64,000 nt of DNA from Paracoccaceae bacterium (GTDB taxonomy: Bacteria > Pseudomonadota > Alphaproteobacteria > Rhodobacterales > Rhodobacteraceae). Position numbers and translations under genes: made by a program. The notes below the pieces were generated by a model. That model ran no database searches, had not been told where the DNA came from, and saw only the letters and a list, made by a program, of their open reading frames with translations. Within the stretch, counting starts at the first letter, position 1. Each line of letters opens with the position of its first letter. The stretch is taken from positions 40,074 through 104,073 of the forward strand of contig JAAZYV010000028.1 in the NCBI GenBank assembly GCA_014239455.1, read 5' to 3'. This document shows positions 20,829 through 31,171 of the stretch, one piece after another.

Positions 20829-21329
20829 TTAGTAATAACTCCGAACATGACCGTCCAATCCTTTGAATGAATCTTTTTGAAGTTCTAAAAGTAAGACTCT
20901 CTTGGGGTCAGTTGGAGGAGGAAAGGTAATGTTTTTTTCTAACTGTTGCCTAAAACCAAAGCTTTTATAGTATTCATAATCTCCAATCAATAAAGCCCTT
21001 TTCCAACCTTCCTCCCTAGACCTTTTTAAAGATAGATTAAGTAAAAAAGATCCCAGTCCTTCGCCCTGTACGGTCGGATGAACCGCTATCGGTCCAGTAA
21101 GAAGAGAGATGTGGTCATAATCATCGCCTATCAATACAGGCCATTGACGGACTACCCCCATTACTTCCCCGACTGCATTTTTTGCTATGTAGCAAAGCGA
21201 TTCTATCTTTTTCACACCTTGCCTTAGCGAATAAGAACTCAAATGAATTCTGCTGGGCGAAAAAACAATATCTAATAGATTCTCAACCGCCTCCTCATCC
21301 TTTTGACTTTCTTTTTCAAATTCAATCAT
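20829..21329 (-). CDS. GNAT family N-acetyltransferase
   Basis: 166-aa ORF with the acetyl-CoA-binding block VHPTVQGEGLGSFLLNLSLKRSREEG. Confidence 0.75.
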   Translation of the reverse strand: MIEFEKESQKDEEAVENLLDIVFSPSRIHLSSYSLRQGVKKIESLCYIAKNAVGEVMGVVRQWPVLIGDDYDHISLLTGPIAVHPTVQGEGLGSFLLNLSLKRSREEGWKRALLIGDYEYYKSFGFRQQLEKNITFPPPTDPKRVLLLELQKDSFKGLDGHVRSYY

Positions 21330-21476
21330 AATTTATTTGTTTCAATTTACAGAACTAATTGCTTTTTCAATTCAATTCATTTTATGATATAATGTATAAT
21401 TGTTGACTTAACAAAATACATTTCTTCGAATGTTCCTTCTTTTTATAAAAACTTAATTTTGAACAAACCCAAATGA

Positions 21477-22079
21477 ATGTTTTATACTCCTAAAGAAAGA
21501 AATGCTCTTCCTCATGATCCATTTAAAGCAATAGTATCACCACGCCCAATAGGATGGATTTCATCTATAGATAAAAATCAGAATGTTAACCTTGCGCCCT
21601 ATAGTTTTTTTAATGCTATAGCAGATGAACCCCCAATGGTAATGTTCTCAACAAATGGAAAGAAATCTGACCAGAAAAATATTAAGGACAGCGCATCAAA
21701 CATAATTGAAACTAAAGAATTCGTAGTGAACATGGTCAGCAAAGCTCTATTAAAAAGCATGAATACAAGTTCTGGAAACTATCCCAAAAATGTGGACGAG
21801 TTTGAGATTTGTGATCTCCAAAAAGCTAACTGTAATTTAGTCTCTGTTCCCCGAATTTCTAAATCACCAGCCTCACTAGAATGTAAATTATTTCAAGTGC
21901 TCAAGCTCCCCGGTAAAGATAACAATATGATCATTGGTGAAGTTGTTGGCATCCATTTATCTGATGATTTTCTGAAAAATGGTATATTTGATATACTAGA
22001 TTTTATGCCTATTGCCCGTTTGGGTTATAAGGATTACACCACCATATCTAAAAAGTTTGCCTTGGAAAGACCTGATTAA
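21477..22079 (+). CDS. Flavin reductase-like (FMN-binding split-barrel) protein
   Basis: SPRPIGWISSIDKNQNVNLAPYSFFNAI is the typical N-terminal block of flavin reductase domain proteins. Confidence 0.8.
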   Translation: MFYTPKERNALPHDPFKAIVSPRPIGWISSIDKNQNVNLAPYSFFNAIADEPPMVMFSTNGKKSDQKNIKDSASNIIETKEFVVNMVSKALLKSMNTSSGNYPKNVDEFEICDLQKANCNLVSVPRISKSPASLECKLFQVLKLPGKDNNMIIGEVVGIHLSDDFLKNGIFDILDFMPIARLGYKDYTTISKKFALERPD

Positions 22080-22091
22080 AAATCGCTTAGC

Positions 22092-23510
22092 CTACAAAGT
22101 TTCTTTACTAAAAATCACTCCCGGGTTTAATATCCCCTTGGGATCGATAGCGGATTTTATCGAAGTCATAACACTTAATTTTCCTGGATCTTCATATCTC
22201 TCAAGTTCTTTGGACTTTGACCTGCCTATCCCATGCTCAGCACTTATTGAACCCGAAAATTCACTAACAAGATCATTAACCATTTTGATCATTACAGGTC
22301 GATTTTTTTCTAATCGTTTTATTGCTTCGCTCGCAATAGGAAAAACATTATAATGTAGATTGCCGTCGCCAATATGACCAAAGCAATTCACAATGATCTC
22401 ATTAGAAATAGATAACAGCCTTTTATCAGCTTCTTCGATGAATTCCGGTATACTTCTTAAAGGAAGAGAAATGTCGTTTGAGAATAAAGAACCTATCCTT
22501 CTGTTGGCTAATGGAATTGACTCTCTGATACTCCAAATTTCTTTCTTTTGCTTTAAGCCACTTGGGATGACAATTTCGTTTGCCAAATTTTTATCCAAAA
22601 ATTTACTGAGAATTTCCTGTATCTGGTCCCTAAAGTTGGTAGAACCAATATTCATGTCTATATCCACTAAAACAATCCAAGGTGCTTTTTCTGAAAAAGG
22701 ATACCTTACCTTGAAACCCGTCTTTCTTAGAAAATCTATCCCCGTGGACTTCATTAGCTCAAAAGCCATTAACCGATCACCAAAAATTTTGGACATGTGG
22801 TTAAATATACTGAGTGCCTCGTGAGGTTCATTTACGGAGATGATAGTTGTCAGAGGATCTATCGGCAATGGAAAAGTCCTCAGAATTGCGGCAGTAATCA
22901 CTGCCAAGGTTCCCTCAGAACCAATCAGCAAACTCTTAATGTCAAAACCCATATTATTTTTCTTTAATGCTTTCATAGATGATACTATATTACCGTTTGG
23001 CAAAACAGCTTCAATTCCAAGGCATAAATCTCGAGCGCTTCCATACCTAAGAACATTTACACCACCTGCATTAGTAGCCAAATTACCACCAATTTGGCAG
23101 GATCCCTCAGAGGCTATACTCAGTGGAAAAAACCGTCCGGCATCAAAGGCAATTCTCTTTATGTTTACCAAAATTGCACCAGCCTGGACTGTTAATAGAT
23201 TATCTTCTTCAGAAAAGCTTATTGCGTTCATTTTCTCTAACGACAAAGAAACTTGGTCATTTTTTTCTGCTATCTGACCGCCCACTAGGCCTGTACTTCC
23301 TCCTACTGGTATCAAGGGAATTCCTCTTTGGTTAGCCTCAGCTAAGATAACTGAAACTTCTTTTGTATTTTCTGGCTTGATACAAAACTTAGACTTATTA
23401 ACTAACCGATCTCTTGGATCTATTGCATGATTGAGCCCAACTAGACTAACTGCATTTCGACCTATTTTCTTTGTTAAGAAACTAAAAAAATTATCGAGAG
23501 ATTTGTCCAT
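22092..23510 (-). CDS. FAD-linked oxidase (GlcD / D-2-hydroxyacid dehydrogenase family)
   Basis: 472-aa ORF with the FAD-binding PCMH block IPLIPVGGSTGLVGG and the C-terminal SAEHGIGRSK block. Confidence 0.85.
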   Translation of the reverse strand: MDKSLDNFFSFLTKKIGRNAVSLVGLNHAIDPRDRLVNKSKFCIKPENTKEVSVILAEANQRGIPLIPVGGSTGLVGGQIAEKNDQVSLSLEKMNAISFSEEDNLLTVQAGAILVNIKRIAFDAGRFFPLSIASEGSCQIGGNLATNAGGVNVLRYGSARDLCLGIEAVLPNGNIVSSMKALKKNNMGFDIKSLLIGSEGTLAVITAAILRTFPLPIDPLTTIISVNEPHEALSIFNHMSKIFGDRLMAFELMKSTGIDFLRKTGFKVRYPFSEKAPWIVLVDIDMNIGSTNFRDQIQEILSKFLDKNLANEIVIPSGLKQKKEIWSIRESIPLANRRIGSLFSNDISLPLRSIPEFIEEADKRLLSISNEIIVNCFGHIGDGNLHYNVFPIASEAIKRLEKNRPVMIKMVNDLVSEFSGSISAEHGIGRSKSKELERYEDPGKLSVMTSIKSAIDPKGILNPGVIFSKETL

Positions 23511-23527
23511 GAAGCAACAACCTTGTT

Positions 23528-24124
23528 CTAACTAGCACTACCACGCCTGTTCTTGTTGACATTGGCATAAAGAACATGATTTCTCCACCTACCATTTATT
23601 TGAAGATAGCTCTGTCCAACCCCTTCATATTTGAATTCACATTTTTCCAATACTCTCTTAGATGCATTGTTATTTGGCAATATAGCTGCTTCAAGCCGAG
23701 TGACCTTCAAGGTCTTATTTGCATAATGGATTATGGCTCTTAGTCCTTCAGTCATAAAACCATTATTTGAAAATCCTTCACCTATCCAATACCCAAGACT
23801 TGCGGAATTAAAAGGACCATAGCGAATATTATCTAAGGTCAATCCGCCTATTAGGCTATCATTAACCTTCAAAAATAGAAACAAATGTAATACCTTTGTT
23901 GAACTAAAATTCTTTTTAGCCCAACGCACCCTAGTTTGGAAAGAATCCTTTGAATAGAATTCTTTCTCCTTTTTGGGTTCCCAATGATTGAGAAATGATT
24001 CTGATTCCCTGCGCAGTCTAAACCAAGCTTCATAATCATCCATGCTAGGTAAGCGGATTATTAATCTATCGGTAACAACCAAGGGTTTAATTTTTTGACG
24101 AAACGTAATCAAGATTAATATCAA
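23528..24124 (-). CDS. GNAT acetyltransferase, RimJ/RimL-like
   Basis: TDRLIIRLPSMDDYEAW...GYWIGEGFSNNGFMTEGL...LEAAILPNNNASKRVLEKCEFKYEG is the RimJ/RimL-type pattern. Overlaps the upstream peptidase gene by 4 nt. Confidence 0.8.
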   Translation of the reverse strand: MILILITFRQKIKPLVVTDRLIIRLPSMDDYEAWFRLRRESESFLNHWEPKKEKEFYSKDSFQTRVRWAKKNFSSTKVLHLFLFLKVNDSLIGGLTLDNIRYGPFNSASLGYWIGEGFSNNGFMTEGLRAIIHYANKTLKVTRLEAAILPNNNASKRVLEKCEFKYEGVGQSYLQINGRWRNHVLYANVNKNRRGSAS

Positions 24125-25383
24125 TTTAGGAGTTTAGCGCAGAACTCATCTAATTTGGGGGCATCAGATACCTGACCGTACAATACCATTGCTGGTTTTA
24201 AATTATTGAACATCCTGGAACCAAAATCTTTCACGTCTTGTGAAGAGACGTTGTCGATCTTTGATATTGTCTCCTGAACTTCGACTATCTTATCCCAGAT
24301 AATTAAACCTCTTGCCAGCCTTTCACTCCTACTAGAAGAACTTTCGAGGCTCATCAGCAAACTTGCCCGTAATTGGGTCTTTGCTCTTTCAATTTCTGCA
24401 TGAGTTATACCTGTCAATGATTTATTGAATTCCAAAGCTATCACTTCAGAAAGTTCTCTTATTTTTTCACCCGATGTTCCCGAATAGCAAAGAAATAAAC
24501 CTACATCAGAATAGCCATCAAAAGAAGTTCCAATGGAGTAACAAAGTCCCCTCTTCTCTCTAATCTCCTGAAATAAGCGGGAAGACATTCCCCCTCCCAT
24601 TAATACCGAAAAAACTTTACCCGCATAAAGTTGAGGACTTTTAATAGCAGGAGCTTCAAAACCCACTGCAAAATGGGCCTGCTCTAGATCCTTTTCGACT
24701 CTTTTTTCTCCCCCTAAAAATGGTATTTTCTTAGAATTCATTTTTCGACTAGAACCCCTAATAGTCTTTAGTCCTTCAGCCAATACGCATAGCTCTTGAT
24801 GCTTAATATTCCCTGCACCACAAACAACCATACTCTCTGAGAAATAATTGTTAGTTGTAAAACGTAGAAAATCCTCGCGTTTGAAAGAGTTAACATTATC
24901 CACTGTGCCTAAAATTGACCGACCTAGCTCCGTGTCAGAAAATGCCACTTGCTGCAGTAATTCGAAAATAAATTCATCTGGAGTATCTCTTGTTTGGCCA
25001 ATTTCTTGAATAATTACACCTTTTTCCCGTTCAATCTCCTCGCTCTCATATACCGAGTTTGAAATAATGTCAGAAAGTATATCCACAGCTAGCGGCACAT
25101 TTTCCTTGAGCACTTTTGCATAGTAACAAGTTATCTCTTTGCTCGTGTAAGCATTTATAAAACCTCCTACATTTTCTATAGATTCAGCTATCTGTAAGGC
25201 ACTTCTTTTTTTTGTTCCCTTAAAAGCCATATGTTCCAGGAAATGTGCAATTCCACATTCTTTCCTATTTTCATTCCTACTACCAACCCCAATCCAAACA
25301 CCTACAGATGCACTCTCGATGGTGGGGATTTCTTCTGTAACGACCTTTATACCACTAGGTAATGTATCAAAATATATGGACAA
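24121..25383 (-). CDS. M16 family zinc peptidase (processing-peptidase-like)
   Basis: Inverted zinc motif HFLEHMAFKGT; 420 aa; in the thrC-M16-GNAT arrangement. Confidence 0.9.
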   Translation of the reverse strand: MSIYFDTLPSGIKVVTEEIPTIESASVGVWIGVGSRNENRKECGIAHFLEHMAFKGTKKRSALQIAESIENVGGFINAYTSKEITCYYAKVLKENVPLAVDILSDIISNSVYESEEIEREKGVIIQEIGQTRDTPDEFIFELLQQVAFSDTELGRSILGTVDNVNSFKREDFLRFTTNNYFSESMVVCGAGNIKHQELCVLAEGLKTIRGSSRKMNSKKIPFLGGEKRVEKDLEQAHFAVGFEAPAIKSPQLYAGKVFSVLMGGGMSSRLFQEIREKRGLCYSIGTSFDGYSDVGLFLCYSGTSGEKIRELSEVIALEFNKSLTGITHAEIERAKTQLRASLLMSLESSSSRSERLARGLIIWDKIVEVQETISKIDNVSSQDVKDFGSRMFNNLKPAMVLYGQVSDAPKLDEFCAKLLN

Positions 25384-25384
25384 A

Positions 25385-26776
25385 TCAGCGCTCTCTTCTA
25401 ATGAAGTCCTTAAGATAGTTCACATCGTTAGGTGCCTCAACAACTTTTTCTCTTTTATAAAACAATGCATCTAAGGATTTGGGTAAAAGTATGTTTCTAT
25501 TTATGGCTTTCTCTACAGCATCACCAAACTTTGCTGGATGAGCTGTAGCCAAGCTTACGGTAATCTTTCTCTCATCTAAAAAGTTTCGAGAAACCTTTGT
25601 GCCAACAGCTGTATGAGGACAAACGATCATTTTAGAGCACATGAAAATTTTCTTGATTTCGGCCAATGTTTCCGCCTCTGTAACAGTCCCGCTGATAAAA
25701 TCATTTCTCAGAATTCTTAGCGAATCTTCTTCAATGTCATACGAACCATTTAATTGTAAGCTCTCCATTTTCTTTTTAACCATCTTAGCATTGCAGTGAT
25801 ACACGTCATATAACATTCGCTCAAAGTTAGAGGATACTTGAATATCCATAGACGGAGAAAAGGTCTGAAGAACCTCCCCCTTTCTATACCGCCCGGAACT
25901 CAAGGTTCTATGGAGGATATCATTTCGGTTAGTCGCTATTATAAGCTTATCGATATTCGCTCCAAGTTTTTTAGCTACATATCCAGCATAAATATTTCCA
26001 AAATTTCCGGTGGGAACACAAAAATCTATCTTAGCACTTGCGGGCAACCGACTGGCTGCAAACAGATAATAAACTACTTGAGAAATGATTCTTGCCCAAT
26101 TAATGGAATTAACACCAGTTAATGAAACTGCCTTTGAAAAATCTTTGTCGTTAAATACTGACTTCACTATCGATTGACAATCATCAAAGTTACCATCCAC
26201 TGAAACTACTGAAACGTTTGACGCTTTTTCTGTTGTCATCTGACGACGTTGAATTTCTGAAATGCGATCTTTTGGAAACAAAACATAGAGATTGATAAAT
26301 TCCAGATTCCTAAAAGCATGAACTGCTGCGGCACCTGTATCTCCAGAAGTAGCTACAATAATGGTAATAGACTTGCGGATATTCTTTAAAGCCTGGTGAA
26401 ACATCCGAGCAATTATTTGCATCGCAAAGTCCTTGAATGCAAACGTAGGCCCATGAAAAAGTTCTAATACTTTATGATTTTCAGAAAGGTTCACCAGTTC
26501 ACATTTATCTGACTTTCTAAATTCTGAGTAAGCTTTACTAATAATAACGTTTAACTCTTGATCTGAGAATAAGCTCCCAACAAAAGGTTTTAATATTGCA
26601 AAAGCCACCTCTTCATAACTCATTTCTACCATGCTAGAGAGAAAACTAGTATCATATTTAGGTAGGATTTCAGGAATATATAAACCTCCATCTGGAGCCA
26701 AACCAAAAAAAAGTACCTCTTGAAAAGAGACGCTTTCTGCCCCACCCCTAGTAGACTTATAAAGCATGTCTGCCAC
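25385..26776 (-). CDS. thrC: Threonine synthase
   Basis: 463-aa ORF: MLYKSTRG start region, PLP-lysine block FHGPTFAFKDFA, ATSGDTG. The start may be the ATG at 26767. Confidence 0.93.
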   Translation of the reverse strand: MADMLYKSTRGGAESVSFQEVLFFGLAPDGGLYIPEILPKYDTSFLSSMVEMSYEEVAFAILKPFVGSLFSDQELNVIISKAYSEFRKSDKCELVNLSENHKVLELFHGPTFAFKDFAMQIIARMFHQALKNIRKSITIIVATSGDTGAAAVHAFRNLEFINLYVLFPKDRISEIQRRQMTTEKASNVSVVSVDGNFDDCQSIVKSVFNDKDFSKAVSLTGVNSINWARIISQVVYYLFAASRLPASAKIDFCVPTGNFGNIYAGYVAKKLGANIDKLIIATNRNDILHRTLSSGRYRKGEVLQTFSPSMDIQVSSNFERMLYDVYHCNAKMVKKKMESLQLNGSYDIEEDSLRILRNDFISGTVTEAETLAEIKKIFMCSKMIVCPHTAVGTKVSRNFLDERKITVSLATAHPAKFGDAVEKAINRNILLPKSLDALFYKREKVVEAPNDVNYLKDFIRRER

Positions 26777-27458
26777 CAGTCTGCCTATATCTTTTAATAA
26801 CGCGCATTACCCAATAAATTGACATAAAACCCCAAGCCATAGCCATAGAGAACCAAGTAAAAGCGTATTGCAAGTGATTATTAATGAGGTTTGGTCTTAA
26901 AGGGGTAGCAATTATTTTTTCATGAACAAGATTAGATAGAACTATTAGAACTGGAATTGTTTCCAGGTAATTAGCCATGGCTCCTAAATCTCTTGAAAAC
27001 CAAATATTCCTCTCAAAATTAGGACCCGGTGTGAAAGAGTCTGTTTCATTTGGAAACAATATATTCCCTGTAATGGTGTTACTTAGAATTATTCTTTCCT
27101 TCAACTTATTCCGCTCTTTTATGAAACCCAAATCAACAAGAATAACTTCATCACTAGAAAGCTTAAATGGCTTGATAAGTTTAAATCCAGGGCCATAAAA
27201 TTTGAGAGAATGCAGGACATGTAATTCCTCTGGCAAAAATTCACCATCAACCCTTACGGATTGATACTGCTGAACACTTTCAATCTCATGTGGCATAATT
27301 ACAATTGGCGATTTTGCCACACTTTCTGAGATCTCTGCTGCTAGAGAATTTTTCCAAGCCAGCCTTTCAACTTGCCACTTCCCAAGACCCAATAAGATTA
27401 TTAATCCAAAAAAAAAAAAAAAAAATGGGAATATCAACTTCTTTAACAAACAAAGCAT
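26757..27458 (-). CDS. SURF1 family cytochrome oxidase assembly protein
   Basis: N-terminal TM helix followed by LGKWQVERLAWKNSL and C-terminal NNHLQYAFTWFSMA, both SURF1 hallmarks. Downstream of ctaE. Confidence 0.87.
   Translation of the reverse strand: MLCLLKKLIFPFFFFFFGLIILLGLGKWQVERLAWKNSLAAEISESVAKSPIVIMPHEIESVQQYQSVRVDGEFLPEELHVLHSLKFYGPGFKLIKPFKLSSDEVILVDLGFIKERNKLKERIILSNTITGNILFPNETDSFTPGPNFERNIWFSRDLGAMANYLETIPVLIVLSNLVHEKIIATPLRPNLINNHLQYAFTWFSMAMAWGFMSIYWVMRVIKRYRQTGGRHAL
27408..27425. repeat. 18-nt A/T homopolymer inside surf1 (encodes Phe x6)
   Basis: The plus strand reads cc-A18-tggg, and the minus strand reads CCA TTT x6 GGA (FPFFFFFFG). Confidence 0.95.
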
Positions 27459-27544
27459 GCCTTATTCTGAATCAAAATACACGACATTAAGAAATTAACT
27501 ATTATTAACACCTTACCCAAATATAGATATTAGATATGGTTGCA

Positions 27545-28333
27545 TCAAGAACCCCAAATATAGATGGCTGCAAAGAGAAACAACCAGACAACATCAACAA
27601 AATGCCAGTACCATGCAGCCGCTTCAAATCCTATATGGTTTTCAGGAGTAAAGTGCCCCTTCAGTGCCCTGATCAAACATACTGCTAAGAATATAGTTCC
27701 CACAATTACGTGAAAACCATGGAATCCCGTTGCCATAAAAAAATTAGATCCATAAATATTGCCTGAAAAACTGAAGGCTGCGTGAGAATACTCATAAGCC
27801 TGGAAAATAGTAAAAAGCATGCCCAATAAAATTGCAATAATTAAACCATTGACCAAGTCTTTCCTGTTATTTTCATGAGCAATGGCATGATGTGCCCACG
27901 TGGCTGCCGCACCAGAACATAAAAGAATCAAAGTGTTAATTAGAGGCAAATGCCAAGGATCAAAAGTTTCTATCCCTACGGGAGGCCATACTTCCCCAAT
28001 TGCCTCCATTGGATATAAAGCATGCTTGAAAAAGCTCCAGAACCAAGCACTAAAAAACATTACTTCTGATGTGATGAACATAATCACACCGTACTTCAAG
28101 CCTATTTGAACCACAGGGGTATGATCTCCAACATGGCTCTCTGTCACAACATCTGACCACCATCCATACATGCAGTAAAGTACCATTACCAAACCTAATA
28201 CCATCACGACTGACGTATAATCATGAAAAAATAATACACACCCAAACAATAAGGTGAAGGCCCCTAAGGCACTTAGAAAAGGCCAGATACTAGGGTTTAA
28301 GATGTGATAATCATGATTTTTTTCGTGTGCCAT
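27545..28333 (-). CDS. ctaE: Cytochrome c oxidase subunit III
   Basis: 262-aa, seven-helix ORF with [28 protein letters not shown] and [16 protein letters not shown]. Confidence 0.95.
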   Translation of the reverse strand: MAHEKNHDYHILNPSIWPFLSALGAFTLLFGCVLFFHDYTSVVMVLGLVMVLYCMYGWWSDVVTESHVGDHTPVVQIGLKYGVIMFITSEVMFFSAWFWSFFKHALYPMEAIGEVWPPVGIETFDPWHLPLINTLILLCSGAAATWAHHAIAHENNRKDLVNGLIIAILLGMLFTIFQAYEYSHAAFSFSGNIYGSNFFMATGFHGFHVIVGTIFLAVCLIRALKGHFTPENHIGFEAAAWYWHFVDVVWLFLFAAIYIWGS

Positions 28334-28366
28334 ATTTTTTCCTTCATTATGGGGAAATTATATTTC

Positions 28367-28936
28367 TTATAGTTTTGTCTTCATTTTTTGAGCTATACTA
28401 GCTGTTGTTTCAGGAAGGTCAATCTCGTAAAAAGTGTATGAAAGCGTTACAGATTTTACATTTTTTGCCTCAATATTTCCTAATATATCAGGATCCACAT
28501 AGAAGGTAACTGGCAGATTTACCCTCTCACCAGGCTGCAATACTTGCTCAGTAAAGCAAAAACACTCGATTTTTTTGAAGTAATTCCCCACTGAAAATGG
28601 TACTACATTAAAGCTCGCTTGAGCGGCTATTGGTTTATTTGTTGGGTTATAAGCTTCATAAAATGCTAATCCAGTTTGACCTAAATTCACCTGAAGTTCT
28701 CGTTGTGCCGGAATGACTTCCCAGGCCAAACCCCTCTCTAGTGATACATCAAACCTTACCTCTATCTGCTTATTTGATATTTTCTTAGATTCGTATTTAG
28801 CATAATTCGTTGTTCCTCCATATCCGGTAACCTTACAAAACCAATTATAAAATGGAACTGACAAAAAAGATGCCGAGCCCATAAAAACAACTATTATCCC
28901 TAGATAAAAAACCGTTTTCCTTTTACCACTTCCCAT
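28367..28936 (-). CDS. ctaG: Cytochrome c oxidase assembly protein CtaG/Cox11
   Basis: FYNWFCKVTGYGGTT and KIECFCFTEQVLQPGE (Cu-binding CFCF) motifs. Confidence 0.93.
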   Translation of the reverse strand: MGSGKRKTVFYLGIIVVFMGSASFLSVPFYNWFCKVTGYGGTTNYAKYESKKISNKQIEVRFDVSLERGLAWEVIPAQRELQVNLGQTGLAFYEAYNPTNKPIAAQASFNVVPFSVGNYFKKIECFCFTEQVLQPGERVNLPVTFYVDPDILGNIEAKNVKSVTLSYTFYEIDLPETTASIAQKMKTKL

Positions 28937-28941
28937 CTAGT

Positions 28942-29124
28942 TCATTCCTTAGAAATGCTTGATCTTAGAGTATGATCAAAGCCTTCGATCATACCACCGC
29001 TGGATAACTTTGCTATCGTCACTAAAAATATCATTAGAATGAAGCCTCCCAAGCATATTGCTAACCAAAAATTTCTATTCTTTCTTTTGACATAAAAATC
29101 TTCCTTTGATTGATCTAAAACCAT
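28942..29124 (-). CDS. Small single-TM protein between ctaB and ctaG
   Basis: 60-aa ORF with one hydrophobic helix (FWLAICLGGFILMIFLVTIAKL). Overlaps the ctaB stop by 10 nt. A small ORF is commonly found at this position in alphaproteobacterial cta clusters. Confidence 0.45.
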   Translation of the reverse strand: MVLDQSKEDFYVKRKNRNFWLAICLGGFILMIFLVTIAKLSSGGMIEGFDHTLRSSISKE

Positions 29125-30077
29125 ACCAAAATCCTCGCTAGATCCGAATAAAATGGTAAAAAAAACTTGAGCAAAAATTCTCCCATTAGTAGAACAAAAT
29201 GTGCAAACAAATAAAATATCGAATACAGAAAGAGTTGTCGTTCCCCTTTTCCGCGAAGAAGGGCAATCCCTTGATCAAACCCATTCAAGCCCAATGCCAG
29301 AGATAAAAATATAGCATTTAAGGCTACCATAGAAATTAAATAAAATAATCCTCCTATGCTCGTAAAAGAAATGATAAATGAGGGTATAAGCAAAAGTACA
29401 GTGTAAACTAGAATCTGACGCTTCGTTTTCCCTTCACCATGTGTCTCTGTAAGCATTGGAATTCTGGATCTTGAGTAATCGCTCTTTGTCATTAGGCACA
29501 GAGACCAAAAATGAGGTGGGGTCCACAAAAATATTAGAAGGAACATAAGAATGCTTTCAAGCCCAATACTGTTGGTAGTCACTGCCCACCCAATGACAGG
29601 TGGCAGTGCTCCTGACGCACCCCCTATAACAATGTTGTGAGGGGTTCGTCTTTTTAAAAACATGGTGTAAATCAAAATATAAAAAGCAATAGTGCAAGCT
29701 AACAAGAGAGCTGAGAGGTGATTAGCAAAAAGTCCTAAAAATATGACTGAAAAAAATGTTAAAAATAGACCAAAACTTAGGGCTTGATCGCCGGTAATTT
29801 TTCCTGCTGGAATAGGTCTTGTGGCGGTTCGAATCATGATAGAATCTATGTCTGCATCCCACCACATATTCAAAGCTCCTGCGGCCCCAGCTCCTATTCC
29901 AATGCATATTAATGAACCTATAGCAACAACTGGATTAATCGATCCGGGAGCTATTAAAATAGCAACACCTGCTGTAAAAACAGCCAATCGCATTACTCTA
30001 AACTTTAACAGAGCAATATAATCCTGAGTTGAAGCCTCAATTAGTTCAATTTCGTTTTCTACAGCAGATCGACTCAT
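29115..30077 (-). CDS. ctaB: Protoheme IX farnesyltransferase (heme O synthase)
   Basis: 320-aa polytopic ORF with DYIALLKFRVMRL, NMWWDADIDSIMIRTATRPIPAG and WTPPHFWSL. Confidence 0.93.
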   Translation of the reverse strand: MSRSAVENEIELIEASTQDYIALLKFRVMRLAVFTAGVAILIAPGSINPVVAIGSLICIGIGAGAAGALNMWWDADIDSIMIRTATRPIPAGKITGDQALSFGLFLTFFSVIFLGLFANHLSALLLACTIAFYILIYTMFLKRRTPHNIVIGGASGALPPVIGWAVTTNSIGLESILMFLLIFLWTPPHFWSLCLMTKSDYSRSRIPMLTETHGEGKTKRQILVYTVLLLIPSFIISFTSIGGLFYLISMVALNAIFLSLALGLNGFDQGIALLRGKGERQLFLYSIFYLFAHFVLLMGEFLLKFFLPFYSDLARILVWF

Positions 30078-30108
30078 TTCTTCTCTACTTGTTAGTGGGA
30101 CAATTTCT

Positions 30109-30996
30109 TTACTCGTTCTTTTTGGCTAATCTAATTTTTGAATTCTGCGGAAACTGTGAAAACTCTTCAAATGCTTTTTTCAACCAATTTTCGTAACGAT
30201 CTTTAGTTACTGCCTTAACAACAATTGGCATATATGAATGATTAAGGCCACAGAGCTCTGAACATTGACCAAAATAGATACCTTCTTTTTCAACTTTGTA
30301 CCAAGTTTCATTCAATCTACCAGGAACTGCATCCATATGGACGCCGAAAGCAGGAACCTTCCAGGCATGTAACACATCGGATCCTGTAACTTGCATTCTG
30401 ATCACAGAGCCAACAGGTACAACCACAGGATTATCAGCGGCCAACAAATATTCGTCTTCCTGATAACCATGATCAGATAGCTCTTCTCTTGATAACATAA
30501 AAGAGTCAAAGACGATTTCTTCATCAGGATATTCATATGACCAATACCATTGATTTCCTGTTGCTTTTATTGTCACTTCATACTCAGGGATATATAACTG
30601 CTTAAAAAGAATAGGTAAAGAAAAGGCCCCTATAACTATTAAAATCGCGGTGGGAACAAGTGTCCAAGTTATTTCGAGTGTTGAATTATGAGTAAAGTTT
30701 GCAGGTTCGGGATTAGCTTTTTTATTAAACTTGAAAACGACTATTCCCAGAAGAATGGTTACGAATAATGCTATAAATGTAATAATAATGAGGAGAAAAT
30801 TGTCTAACCATTGGATGTCTCTGGCAAGCTCAGTAACTGGAGGTTGAAAATTGATTCCACCATCGATGGGCTTACCGATAACATCCAAATCTTCAAATTG
30901 ATCTAAAGTAGAAGCTATGGCAGAACTACCTAAATAAATTATCCCGGCTAAAATTCTTGCAGCTAATCCTATAATGGTTCTCATTGTGCTCTCCAC
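30109..30996 (-). CDS. ctaC: Cytochrome c oxidase subunit II
   Basis: Signal peptide plus two TM helices, then the CuA site HAWKVPAFG...GQCSELCGLNHSYMP. Confidence 0.93.
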   Translation of the reverse strand: MESTMRTIIGLAARILAGIIYLGSSAIASTLDQFEDLDVIGKPIDGGINFQPPVTELARDIQWLDNFLLIIITFIALFVTILLGIVVFKFNKKANPEPANFTHNSTLEITWTLVPTAILIVIGAFSLPILFKQLYIPEYEVTIKATGNQWYWSYEYPDEEIVFDSFMLSREELSDHGYQEDEYLLAADNPVVVPVGSVIRMQVTGSDVLHAWKVPAFGVHMDAVPGRLNETWYKVEKEGIYFGQCSELCGLNHSYMPIVVKAVTKDRYENWLKKAFEEFSQFPQNSKIRLAKKNE

Positions 30997-31171
30997 GGAA
31001 TTAAAACTTATCGCTTAAAATAAGCCTGTTTACTTAATATGTGTTTGTCGAAGACAAAAAACTAGTTTAAATGAAAAATATATCTAATGTAAAAACCATA
31101 AATAAATCTTTAATTAATCTTTGTTGATCACTCTGACTGATCACAGGATACAAAAAATAGAAATAAGATCA

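Noticed and set aside
31044-31058. Palindrome TTTGTC-GAA-GACAAA between ctaC and tldD as an FNR/FixK box, together with a nearby TGATCAC direct repeat (31123..31142).
   Set aside because: FNR/FixK boxes are TTGAT-N4-ATCAA, and here both the arm sequence and the 3-nt spacing differ. A single short palindrome in AT-rich DNA is not significant without conservation.
31121-31171. TTG-initiated 17-codon N-terminal extension of tldD given by the ORF track.
   Set aside because: The extension (MLITLTDHRIQKIEIRS) has no counterpart in TldD. The ATG at 31172 gives the expected length.
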